From Eledone cirrhosa (taxonomy: Eukaryota), in NCBI GenBank assembly GCA_964016885.1, contig OZ024740.1, forward strand, positions 306,156,001 through 306,220,000: DNA of 64,000 nucleotides, in the 5' to 3' direction. Position numbers and translations under genes: made by a program. Numbering within the stretch: the stretch's first letter is position 1; each line of letters opens with the position of its first letter. Shown piece by piece: positions 11,747 to 24,625 of this stretch. Below the pieces are notes generated by a model that had not been told where the DNA came from, made no database searches, and saw nothing but the letters and a program-made list of their open reading frames with translations.

Positions 11747-11826
11747 CCATGATACATATTTCGCTGAGGTCTACGGCTAGATAGTTCTCTTCCTACCCAT
11801 TCTGATAGCCTGCGCTCGTCAGATGG
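11747..11826 (-). ncRNA. Type I hammerhead ribozyme motif, intact core, sense to the ex pre-mRNA
   Basis: CCAU-CUGACGA-GC...(long stem II)...GC-GAAA-UAUGUA-UC-AUGG; stem I CCAU/AUGG, stem III AUA/UAU, AUC cleavage triplet. Confidence 0.75.
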
Positions 11827-12698
11827 TTTAAAAAGAACCTTTAAAACAATTTCACACAACTTAAAATTCTTTTTAAAAATTCTAAAAAATAATTGTTTCT
11901 ACTTTTGACACAAAGCCAGCAAATACCCAGTGTATTACTGGTACTTTATTTTATCGACCCCGTAAGGATGAAAGGCAAAGTTAACCCCGGCGGGATTTGA
12001 ACAAAAATAATTGTTTCTATTTTAGACACAAGGCCAACAAGTACTCAGTACATTACTGGTACTTTATTTTATCGACCCCGTAAGGATGAAAGGCAAAAAT
12101 AATGAAAACAAATAAGACAAAGTCTAGTAGTTAATTAATCCATTGTTTTGCAATTGTTTAAAAGGTAAAATAAATATAAAGCTTTATAGGTATACTGATT
12201 AATCAACAGCAGTTATACAACTCCATAAATTCTAACAGGGTTATCGCCCTATCTTAAGTAAGAGAGAGAGACGGGGGTGCACGCCCGCACATAATGGTTC
12301 CTTGCAGGCGACAGTGCCCTTTTTTTCGTCTCCACAGATATTTTACCCAATTTTCTTAACTATTATTGATTGATAGTCATCTGCGTTAGGATGACTACAT
12401 TTCAAATTTTCTCAATGTTTCTTAAGTGAAGTGGGTGTTTACACTTCTAGCTCCAGGCTTAACATTTTTCAAAATACAACTACTAGTAGCCAGAAACTCC
12501 CCAGCATAATGATTTCATGCTCTCAACCAGCATCCAAGAGATGCAAGGTTTCATTTCTTGCATCTACTTCTATCTAGTTTTTTCCCCTTCCACAGAGGTA
12601 TTTTACCTGATGTTTCTTTTTTCAACTATAATTATTATAGTCATCTACATTGGGATGACTACATTTCAAATTTTCCCAATGCTTCTTAATTCAACTGG

Positions 12699-12735
<37 letters not shown>

Positions 12736-13219
12736 TACATATACACATATATACGTATACACATCTAAGTGCGTGTGTGTGTGTAGAAGTGGTTATACAA
12801 CAGTTAGTTCACCATACCGAGAACAATTGTAACCACTTCTACCTAATTCGTCCCATGGGCTGAGTGCTCTACCACTACGGATATTACCTTCCAGTGTTCT
12901 ACCAGTGCTCTCACACACACATGAGAAAGAGAGAGACCCCACACTAACAAACTGCTATTAAACTATGTATTATTGTTTTTACATCGTCCAATTTCCAACT
13001 CAACTTTGATAGCCTTTTTGTTTAATAATACTTCTGTTCTACATATTAGAAATTGCTTCCAGTAAGAACTGGCAGTTCACTTGTATACTATGAATCAGAA
13101 ATCATCATATACAAAACTGCTTTGTATAACCTGTAAAGTTACTTTTTTTTTTTTTTTTTTTTTTTTTCTTCTTAAATACATGTAAACTACATGCCTGCTT
13201 GATATTTTATCAGTACTTA

Positions 13220-13569
13220 CTCTTGGGTCTCGAATACCCCCCCCCCCTCATTAAATTTTGCTAATCTCCAGCAAAATTTTATTTTAACTGGTAGCATTCC
13301 TACGACAATCAATTTTCTTTATACATTTAAAAAAACATTGTACATGACATAAAAATAACATTACAAGAAATCCCATATGTTATAAAATAAATAGGATGGG
13401 TTGGGGGTCTCAATATGTAAACTAAACGTCTAATTCTGGGTTTTTTTTAAATCTACAGACAACCTAGAAAAAATGACCGATTTTCCAAACCCCACCACCT
13501 ATTCCAACTCCTCCGCTTATTTCCCCCTCCCTCACTTATTCCAACCTCCTATTATTTGAGACGTGAGAG
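13220..13569. mobile_element. TA-flanked MITE family F (Tc1/mariner-type, ~350 bp); copies 35890-36129, 39148-39463, 42565-42909, partial 18440-18569 and 53435-53672
   Basis: TA TSD, TIR ctcttgggtctcgaata..., shared interior. Confidence 0.8.
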
Positions 13570-16216
13570 TACGAAAAAATACTAACCAAAGTAGAACTCT
13601 TATCTATTCAACAACGTAGTTAGTATGTTCTTTCTAACATTTTATCCTGAATTGATCTTAAGATTTTTCTGGGGGGTTTTTTGTTATTTTTTTTCATTGA
13701 AATAATGTTTATAGAAACCTTAAGATCTAATCTTATTTGATATTCCTCTTTTTTTTAAAATATATATAATTGTTTTTATAAATATTCTTAGTATATGAAT
13801 TTATTGTAAAATAATTGTTTATGAGATACAAAATAAAAATGTTCCATTCCTCTAGCTAGTTAAATAGACCAATCTAACCATATTCTCTCTTCATTTTTAA
13901 TTGCTGCTTAGTGTACAAATAAAGATAGAAAAAAATTGTCTTTTCAATATACTTATCCTTAACCTAATTATTTCAGTTCCCACCTCCTTTAACTAGAGAT
14001 TCATTGAATCATATAAAGTAGAATTGGTCTTTACTTTTAATGGTTTCTAATTTAGGCACAAGGTCAGTAATTATTGGGTGAGGGTAAAGTTGATTAAATC
14101 GATTCCAGTGCATTACTGGTGCATTATTTTATCGACCCCGTAAGGCTGAAAGGCAAAGTTAACTTCGGTGGGATTTGAACTCAGAAAGCAAAGGGACATA
14201 ACTATATGCCACAAAGCATGTCTGACGCCTTATCGATATTGCTAATCCATGGCTCTTTTAATAATGGTTTCTGATTTAGGCACATGGTCAGCAATTTTGG
14301 GGTAGAGGAAAGTAAAACTGACTCCAGTGTGTTACTGGTACTTTATTTTAACATGGCCCTTTTAACAATGATATGAATTTCTATATTTGTACACTCCAGT
14401 GATTGCTTAATCAAGTAGACTGCTGGTGTAAGAAACAGACTGAGGAGTTCAAGGAAAATATGACAATTTACTGTCAACAAGAGACTTAGATGAGTTCTCA
14501 ATGCCAAGTGTGAGCCCATAAATATTAACCCTTTTGTGACTAAATTCCTAATGAAAGACACTATTTTGATTATTAAGTTGGTATTTTTAACAAATAGTTC
14601 TTATATGAAATATTGGAAGGTTTTAATTTAAATAGGAACCCTTTGTAACAGGTTGTTTTATTTTGTAGAACCAGAGATGGTTTTGGATGGGTTGGTGTGA
14701 AATGGGTTAAGGCAATCCATATATTGAAGTTGGTGAATTTGAGCATCAGAAATAAAATTACTGGTTATTTTTCATAAAAACCATGTGTGATGCCACTCAA
14801 GGAACATGAAAAGACTACAATTATAAATAAAACAAACTATATATATATATATTATTATCATCATCATTTAACGTCCATTTTCCATGCTAGTATGGGTAGG
14901 ATGGGCTGTCTCTTTGAGAGAGATCAGGTCGGAGGACCGTGTTTCACTAACACAGAACTGATTTTTGGGTTGGTTTCAACTCCAACTCACACATACACAC
15001 ATGTATAAATATGAATATGTCAGTATATTTACAATAAAGACAGAATTGCTACTGCTATATCACTGACCAAACACTCTAAATCAAATTGACCCAACAAATA
15101 GCTAAAATATTCAAGGAGCCTAACCATTATATTCTTGATGTTAATCCTTTACATCATCTAATTCATCTTTGGAAAAACCTGAAAATAGATTCTATAATGA
15201 TGCAACTCATATTCTTAATCTACTTCCACAAAAAGAAATATAGATGGTGAATAATTGAAATCTAACTATGAAATATTATTGACATAATTGTAACACTTTT
15301 GATACACAACCACTGGAAATTGCACTGGTTCTATAATTCTAAGCTGTTTATTTCAGTGTTTTTATTTATCTGAAAACCTTCCATCATAATTCTATATAAG
15401 AAACTGTGTTAAGCTAGGCTCTAAATTCCAGATAAATAATGAAATATTTTGAAATTCTTCATTATTTTCAAAATTATTTTAAAAACATAAGCAGTGTCTT
15501 TATTTAAAAAATTGGTAATGAAAAGGTTAATATCATAAACACATGCTTTCTCTACATTCCTTTTTTTATATTAGTATGAATGAGAAAGCATTATACATAG
15601 AATCTAGACGGATATAACATCAGACATGACCAAGTGTGATGTTTATATGATGTGGTGTAGTAATTTAAATACACAATGGTCTTCATTCTTAAATGTGCTG
15701 CACACACATCATTCTGTACATATCAGATGTGTTTTAATAAAAGATAGTTTCTAGACAGAAATTCTCAGCCACCACAAATTATTTATTTCATGTGGTGGTG
15801 GTGGTTCTACAATGCTCCTCAATAATGTGAAGCATCAATAAAATCTTGCATTTATATTGTTTATAGGTGTTTAAGTTTAAATTTCAGTTGAAAGACTTAA
15901 GAAATAGATGAGATTGCATAGATACACACATCACTGACTTCATACACTTTCATCAAGCTTCCTCTAAAGCAGGCATGAGCTGCATAGGATGTGGTTCATC
16001 ATAAGGTGGACTTCACTACTACTAAAAGGTCCATGGCAAGTTTGAAATCAGATATGCCATTCAAAAAGCCAAACAGGCTGCAGTTTCCCCATGACTGTTC
16101 AAAAGTGTTATCTTTTGTCATATATATTTCTATATATCCATATCATCATCACTGTTTAACATCTATTTTCTGAGAGAGAAAGAAATAGAAAGAGGGAGAG
16201 AAAGAGCACATATGTG

Positions 16217-16675
16217 TGAGGGCTGTTACAAAAGTATCTAAGTTGGTGTCAGTTGCTGTCAGGTAGTGTATGATGTGCTTATTCGTCACATTTTCATTTC
16301 ACTTGATACCAAGTTCCAGAATACTGCAATAACTGGAAACAAGACATGGATGTACAGGTACAATCTTGAAACAAAACATCCAACGTCACCAAGGCCCTAA
16401 AAAGTATGTCAGGTGCAGAGCAAAATCAAGGTGAAACAAACTGTTTTGATGCACAAGAAAGACAAACAGTTACAAAGGAATACTAAAAGGAAGTCCTCTG
16501 ATATCTGTGAGGCAATTGGGTGCAAGAGACTAGATCGGTGGGCCTCACAAAACTGACAGCTGCATCATGACAATGCCCTGGCTCATTCGTCATAGTTAAT
16601 ACAAAGTTTCTTGACAAAAAATAGCATCTCATTAATTCATTAAGCTCCTTATTCTCCATACATGGCTCCTTCTGG
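16217..16675 (+). mobile_element. Decayed mariner transposase remnant
   Basis: broken frames read ITG..TWMYRYNLETK, QLHHDNALAHSS and APYSPYMAPS (mariner HHDNA and YSPDLAPSD motifs). Confidence 0.85.
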
Positions 16676-17170
16676 TGTTATACCATAAGACTGGCATAGC
16701 AGTATAATCATTAACTGCTACAAAGGAAAAGGTGATGTAACTACAGTGGCATAAAACCAATGAATCATGTTATGGTAGTGGTAGAAAGAGTATTGGCACA
16801 ACTAGAGAAAATGTTAAATTAGATGAAATACAGTTTGGCTGCATGTCAGGAAGGGGAACCAGAAATAATTTCTTTTTGGTGAGAGTAATTCCTAACTAAG
16901 TGTAAGCCACTATATCTAGCTGTTTTTAGAACTGGAAAAGGCCTTTCAAAGAGTACCATGATCTGTGATCCTCAAGGAAGCTGGGAGTAGATAAGTGGCT
17001 TGTCAGAGCAGTGCAAGCTATGTACAGAGGTACTGTCAGTAAAGTGAAGGCAAATGATGAGTTTAGTGAGGAATTCAACATGTAGGTGGGTGTTTGTGAT
17101 GGCTCAGTCATCAACACTCACCAGGCCATAACAGGAGTTTAAGACTGGCTTTCCATGGGAACTTCTATAT
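16676..17170 (+). mobile_element. Decayed RTE RT fragment; other decayed RTE pieces at 20235-20530 (-), 31960-33075 (-), 45710-45945 (-), 47800-48850 (-)
   Basis: DW.SSIIINCYKGKGD...LRKLGVDKWLVRAVQAMYRG...KTGFPWELLY in broken frames. Confidence 0.85.
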
Positions 17171-17647
17171 TCTGTATTTTCCCCATGAGTGTTTTAATGA
17201 TAGGGCTCATAGTCCTATCACGAAAACATGTGAAATGAAGTATCTTGTTCAAGAACACAACACACTGCCTAACCCAGGAATTGAACTCATGCCTTTATGA
17301 GTCCAATACCTCAACTACTAGGCCATATGCCTTCGCCTACCTGAAAGGTCAGCAGCCCTGTTTCAGAAGACCTAGCAGGGAAAGCGAACGTTAAATGATC
17401 ATAATATATAAAGAATTTCACCTCACAACCACATGGTTTTGTGTTACTCCCACTGTGTGAGACCTTGAGCAAGTAACTGCTACAATAGCTTTGGGTTAGC
17501 CAATGCCTTATGAGTGAAATTTGGTAAATGGAAACTGCAGAAACCACAGTTATATATGTGTGCATGTCTAAGTTTATGTCCCGTAACTTAGTGGTTCTAC
17601 AAATAAGGTGGTTCTCCAATCTAACTACATTCTAATGACTGAAACCA

Positions 17648-17695
<48 letters not shown>

Positions 17696-19129
17696 CATAC
17701 ATAGTGACAGAATATGCATACACACATACAATGGATTTCCTTAAAGTTTCCGTCTACCAAATTCTCTCAAGGCATATGTCAGATGAGGGCTATAATAAAA
17801 GACACTTGTATAAGGTTCCAAGCAATGCGACGCAACCTGAAACCAACAATCATATACAACAATGCATAAGTCACACACACAAAAGACTAAAATGCTAAAA
17901 ATTATAAAATTATATACATAACCTCTTCAACTTTTACAGCACATATAGAAAATATATTTAAAAAAATATATACTATACACAAACACTCAAAAAGTACTCA
18001 AAAGGCAACACATTTTTGCCTTTTGTAGTCTTTAAAACTGTGTTGAGGTTTACAGATACAAATGTAAAATAGTGCATCCATTGCATTTGCAGTGGCCATC
18101 ACCAGAACTTATATGCCTGTTAGAAATAGCAGTTAAATCTCCCTCTAATCCCACCCTATTGTTTTGGGAAAGGAATGGCCAATATAGTCCTACATACTTC
18201 TGAAAAGACAGATGGGCATGTCTGATATTCAATTAGGGTTAAACAACAACAAGTAAACATAGACTAGACAATGGAAACAATACATGAACATATTGCCACA
18301 CTGTAACTATATATACCATTGTGTGCCAATGTGGGCCTCAATTAGAAGTGTCATTAGAAGCAACCAGAAGGAGCATCAGGACAAGTATCCATTACCTAGA
18401 AGAGCACTAACGTAGAAGATGATAGTATATCTGGAATAAAGGGAGCAGCTAATTGTTGAACTAACTACCCTCAGATTTTTTTCCAACCCCAATCCCACTT
18501 TTATTCCTGGGGAGACAACCTAGAAAAATTATTGATTTTCCAATCCCTTTATCATTTGGAACCCAAGAGTTCTTAAATTCCATGTTTTCTGGATATTAGC
18601 TACACAACATCACAATCACTACTACAATCACCACCACCATTATTTACAGGTGGCGTGAAACAAGATTTCAGAGAAATCCAGGTGAAAGTAGTTATTAACT
18701 TGGCCTCCACTGCTGAACTTTGCACAGAAAACAGGTCAGGTCCTACATCACGTATCAGACTGTGAAGTTGATACTAATTGCACCAGACAGAGCAGGATAA
18801 CCTGTATCTTGGTGGAAATATATACCACATCTATTTGAGATAGCCAGTGATATAAGCAGGATAACTATTTGACTAGTGAAGTCATCATGTCTGGGAATGT
18901 AAGTAGTTCTGTGACTAGTGGCTGCTACTGACAGTTTTCAGTTTCTACTCCATTGCCTACTGGCAATAAACAGGGCAGCTGCAGCCCTGTTTATTAAATA
19001 CATCACTATGGCTACTGAATTGGCATAACAATATGCTGGTTGACTGGTTCATCTTCAGTATATGGCATTGTATTGGAGATATATAGTGCAGCTTTGGTTA
19101 TACAACCACTGTACAAGAAACTCACAATG

Positions 19130-19400
19130 ACAGACAATGTACAGATATACTCCAGACAACAACAACAGACAATGTACAGGAAAATCCCAATAACAGACAC
19201 TGTACAGATATACTCCAGACAACAGACACTGTACAGATATACTCCAGCCAACAACAGACAATGTACAGGAAAATCCCAATAACAGACACTGTACAGATAT
19301 ACTCCAGACAACAGAGTGTATAGATATACTCCAAACAACAGACAACGTATAGCTATACTCCAGGCAACAATAGCCAATGTACAGGCATACTCCCATTAAC
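19130..19400. repeat. ~28-32 bp minisatellite (acagacactgtacagatatactccagaca), about 9 units
   Basis: directly visible tandem units with two alternating variants. Confidence 0.9.
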
Positions 19401-19621
19401 AGCTCCCCTGTACACCAAAAATTATATACATTCATTGCACTAGAGTTATATCAGTGGGTGTCAATATTGCACACAAACATATTACACCCAAACTCCATAC
19501 ATTAAAAAATACAGAACAATATAGAACAATGCATGTATGTTACTGCTATACAGACAAGTATGACTACAGAAAGAAAATAACTTAAATAAAAATACACACC
19601 CTAAGCATTGTGTTAGCAACC

Positions 19622-20075
19622 GATGTGTATGATAAAGTTCTAATTGTATATATACTGAGTGTGTAACTGAGACTGCACCAACTTATATAAATATATCTAA
19701 TATGTAGGTATGTAAACACGCCAGAAAATACGAATTTCCCTGAAAATTAAAAAAAATTATAAACATCTTTACTCAGTTTTCGGATTTTATTGGACCCTCA
19801 TCAAAAGATGTGTTTATCATCCAAACAACCACAAAGAAACATGTATTTGATAAGTATATATCCATTCGCTCTAAGTATTATTCTGAAATGGACATACTAA
19901 TTTGTATATAATAAACACTTGTGTTGGTAATTAGTTAAGATATATATTAAGAAGTGCTCAGGCAGTTGATGTGTATGATAAAGCTATATCTGTATAAATA
20001 CAGTGTATAACTGGGACTGCACCAACATATATAAATATATATATATATAATATGTACGCATGTAAACATACATGG
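19622..20075 (-). mobile_element. Hammerhead-bearing non-coding element, ~1.3 tandem units of 346 nt (Penelope pLTR/retrozyme-like); homologous copy 33290-33540
   Basis: direct repeat 19622/19968; degenerate hammerhead UUGAUGA-GGGUC..AAUCC-GAAA at 19764-19810; clear similarity to 33290-33540. Confidence 0.7.
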
Positions 20076-21724
20076 AAAAATTGTATGGAAAACAGACATT
20101 GAATGAGGATAAAGATGATGGTATGTATGTGTGTATGGATGCAAATATATACACACACATGCACACATACATATCATCATTATTCAACGTCTGTTTTCTT
20201 CTTCTCTGCCATGAAGTTCAGCTTCCTATAGCTAGTCATCACTGCTTCCTCCTCTGTCTTTTTAGGTCTACCTCTTCTGAGTCCAATTCAACTGAGATTT
20301 TCCTGCACTTCTTTATACAGCTGTCATATTGCATATATATTATATGTCCATACCAACAAAGTCTTCTCTCTTGCACACTCCATCCAATTCCTCTTATACC
20401 AAGTTTTTCTCTTATGCTGCAATGTTTATTATACATCCATTGGATCAAACTCACTTTATTCCTTTTAATCTTCCCAGGGCTTCTGCAGTCAAGGCCCATG
20501 TCTCACTGCCATATAGCATAGCAGTTTACATGCCATCTACGCTACACCGAAAGACATGGTGCTAGACAACAACAACTACTATAATAATCAGTGTAGCTAG
20601 GAACTATGTAATAAAATAACATTAAGTCCTCTATCTAGCTAAAAATAACTCCAGCTCCCTTCTCCAACTGGAAATGTAATACTATTCTCACTGATGAGCA
20701 ATGAAAAGGGGACAGAAAATGTACCAGGTTTCTATATAAAGAATGTCCCCTACCCTACTCCTTCATTCCCTTCTAGGCAGAAAAATGCCATTTTAACTCC
20801 TCCCCTTACACAATATGAAAATTATATCAGAAATCAATGAAAGAATTATTTTCTCAAGTAGGCAATGTTTTTTGCATTACTTCTAAAAAATATAATGGTA
20901 AAAATTAAATTTTGGAAAAAGAAAATTTCCTTGTTGCAGCTGTTAATAATACGATAGGTGAAGTTAGCATTATTTTTTTTTCCCTTTTTAATGTTAACCA
21001 AAAGAGGAGGAACAGCATCCATGATTATTGGAGGCCTTCCCATATTGATGAGATATAGACATTCTGTTTTTGTTTTGTTTTTCTGTAGGGAGGATGTTCT
21101 GGAAGGTGGCTTACAGTATGAGTGGTGGGAAGAAAAACAAAGGCCTGGTTGATGCGAGTATAAAGAGAAGCCACCAAACTGGCGCTAAATTTTCTATATA
21201 ACCATTCTCTATAGCCATATCAGTGATAAAATTACATGTTCTAAGTTTCTAAGATCTAGAAACCTAACAGGAGGCTTCTGTAAGACAAATGTAGCAGACA
21301 AAATTAACTATGTAACAGCTTCTATGTAATTATCTCGTATATCAGCCAAAATTACCTCAACAAACTTTCTACCACTGTTTCATAAATGACCAGCTCAGAG
21401 TCTTAATTACAATCAGCTTCAACTATTGGATCAATCTGCTCATCAGATGCTGTGATAAAAAATAACTAAATATAGCATCTTATTCTTGGCTAGGAACTTC
21501 TCTTTTAGTTGCCTCACTAAAAAGAAGGCATCTGTAGTACTTTTCCCAGGTATGAAACCAAATTGCATCTAGTCAAAGTGGACTCTTTACCTAATTAGCT
21601 ATGCTATAATGCTTTCCATCACTTTCATAACTTGGTCCATTAGTTTTATTCCTCTATACACACATGTATATACATACATATACACAAAAATACATACATA
21701 CATATACACAAAAATACATATATA

Positions 21725-22155
21725 CATCATCATCATCATTTTACGTCCACTTTTCCCTGCTTGCAAGGGTGGGACGGGAACTGATACTGGCTTGATTTCT
21801 ACAGCTGGATGCCCTTCCTAACACCAACCTCATTTACAGTGAGTGCTGGGTGCTTTTTTGCCGTGGCACCTCCACGACCACTTTGCAGTGGAATGATAGG
21901 GACCTCAGTCCCTATCATCTCATTTCTACAGCTGAGTAAACTGGAGCAATGTGAAATAAAGTGTCTTGCTCAAGGAAACAACACATCACTCAGTCTGAGA
22001 ACTGAACTCACAACCTTTCGATTGTAAGGCCAATGCTCTAACCACTAAGCCATGTGCTTCCATATGCTCTAGCCACTAAGCCATGTGCCTCCATATGCTC
22101 TAACCACTAAGCCAAGTGCCTCCATATGCTCTAACCACTAAGCCATGTGCCTCCA
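21725..22155 (-). mobile_element. Full-length tRNA + CORE-like SINE with RTE-derived 3' tail; second copy 39848-40184
   Basis: A-box TGGCTTAGTGG, B-box GAGTTCA, tgtttccttgagcaagacacttt core; tail matches the RTE 3' UTR at 51825-52093. Confidence 0.85.
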
Positions 22156-24043
22156 CACACAAACATATATATATATATATATATAAATAGATTGATAGAA
22201 CACCAGCTTCAGGAATTTTAGTCAATTATATTGATCCTGATATATATTTTATCAATCTCTGTTTATAAAATAGCTAAATCCTCCTTCAGTTTAAAGGAAT
22301 GTAACTCACTCAAAATACATAGTGTGAAGCACTTATGTGTTTGATGCACCAATGTATCTGCAATCAATTGTTCTAATTTCTAGGATATACACACGCACAT
22401 ACACATGGTGGGCTGTCACACAGTTTCTGTCTACCAAACTTCACTCACAACCTCAGAAAGACTATAGTAAAGAAGCTTGCTCAGGGTGCTGTTCAGTGGG
22501 ATCAAACATGAAACTTCATGGTAACAAAGCAAACTTTTAGCCATACAGCCATATCTGTGCCCATTATATATGTCATGGGTTGTATCCTTGATATAAACGA
22601 TAGCAAGGATACAACCAGAAAGTGACAAACAACAGAACATGGGAGATATCTTCCACACAACATATAGCAATGTGTGAAAATTATATTTGACACAAATTAA
22701 AACGAAAATTTGAAAAGCTTCTCATACCAAAACCGATTAGTACAAAAACAAATTAGATAATCATGACTATTTCTGAAAACCCACCTATATTAAAAAATAT
22801 ATATATGTAATTTATTTTATATGAGCTAATTTCTTTTTGTAAATTTGTATGTATATAAATAATATTAGGTGCATCTTCAAATCTTTCACTTGCTTAAATG
22901 ATTGTTTGAACAACTGGAAACATGAGTTTTTTCTGTTTCTATAACGGTCTTCATTGCAAACAGAAATTGATAGGATTATTTTTCACCCCAAACCAAATCA
23001 ATATAGAACACCTTGCTATGTTGGGCATCCTGAAGGGTACATTTCCCAACACCAAACACACCGAATATGTTTATCTTTACATCAACATTAGGGTGTTAAG
23101 TTTGACTTGGATCTCTCTCTAAGATGATTAACTTATTGGTGTGTTAATGGCTGTAACACAACCTTTCTCCCATACAGGGTTTCTATTATAAAGTTAGTCA
23201 GAAGAGTAGAGGAAGTATTTATGACCTTTACAGGTCTTATCAAACTACTGAGATGGACATGCAAATGATTAGGTTGAGCATTGGTCACATCTATGCCTGT
23301 AGAAGAAAGAAAAAACATGTACAAAATGCTTGCACCATTTTCCACTAAGGGCATCTGGTGCTGGTGTTAAACTGTGTAAGGTCACTAACCTCCATAATTA
23401 CCAAAATAATCACACCCCTCCCATGCTTTAAAATGCTACACACATACAAAAATAATGAATATAGTAGAAAAAGTCTTTGAGTGAGGTGAAAAATTAAGCA
23501 GAGGTCATGAAATGGACAGAATGTCTTGGAATCTGAAATGTTAGTTATTTCTTCAAGATAGATGCAGTTGCCATATAAAAGATAACAGCTTGTATTAAAT
23601 ATTTGTAGTAAAGGGTAAAAGTAATCTAAGACAGAAGGTTATGTGGTCATATCTCAAAGACCTGAAGCAAATAAACATCAATGCTTGCTGCAAAGAGGAT
23701 TAAATGATAATGATGGTGCCAGGCATTAAGTGGTCTTCTCCTCCAAATTATCTGAACTCATTCATCATAATATTATCAACCACCAATAGTTTCATGTGTA
23801 TGTGTGTGTTGTGGGAGGGGTGTGTCGTGTATTAGAGAGAGAAAGAGAAATCAAGTTATACAGCTAAATCCAGACAAATTTAATAGCTAAAATACCATTC
23901 CAAAAACATTTAGACTGATTCCAAGCTGATGAAGTATTTTTACATGTGTCTGATGTATTCTATGTTAGGAGGTATCAATGAGTCCTTGCCAGCTAATGAC
24001 TCGAAACAATTGTAACTTGTACATTGTTGACACAATGGAAATC

Positions 24044-24625
24044 ATTATCATCACCGTTTAATGTCCAATTTTACATGCTAGCAAGGGTTAAATAAGCGGT
24101 CCTGTTGTGAGACAAGCGAGCTCAGATGCCCTTCTTAACACCAACCACATTTACATTGTGGGCTGGGTGCTTTTTGTTGTGACACCTACACAACCTATTT
24201 GCAGTGTATGCTGGGTACTTTTTGCCGTGACACCTACACAACCACTTTACAGTGAGGGCTGGATGCTTTTTGTCATGACACCTACACAAGCAGTTTACAG
24301 TGTGGGCTGGGCACTTTTTGTCATGACGCCTACATGACCACTTTACAGTGTGTGCTGGGTGCTTTTTGTCATGACACCTACATAACCACTTTACAGTGTG
24401 TGCTGGGTGCTTTTTGTCATGACGCCTACATGACCACTTTACAGTGTGTGCTGGGTGCTTTTTGTCATGACACCTACATAACCACTTTACAGTGTGTGCT
24501 GGGTGCTTTTTGTCATGACACCTACATGACCACTTTACAGTGTGTGCTGGGTGCTTTTTGTCAGGACACCTACATGACCACTTTACAGTGTGGACTGGGT
24601 GTTTTTTGTAGTGACACCTACACAA
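24044..24625 (-). repeat. RTE 3'-UTR derivative with ~10 tandem copies of a 48-bp unit
   Basis: unit gacacctacatgaccactttacagtgtgtgctgggtgctttttgtcat; 16-aa periodicity in the ORF track. Confidence 0.92.

Noticed and set aside
18649-18800. Possible plus-strand exon (tttacag acceptor, ~50 open codons)
   Set aside because: No recognisable protein similarity or partner exons.
19012-19435. Overlapping Cys-rich ORFs
   Set aside because: Translation of a minisatellite; no splice or homology support.
21370-21450. CUGAUGA...GAAA on the minus strand (also isolated CUGANGA at 10280, 20691, 41505, 45932)
   Set aside because: No compatible stem I/II pairing, or no GAAA at the right position; expected by chance.
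21990-22060. tRNA gene
   Set aside because: The A/B boxes belong to a SINE head; there is no complete cloverleaf and it is followed by the CORE-like domain and RTE tail.
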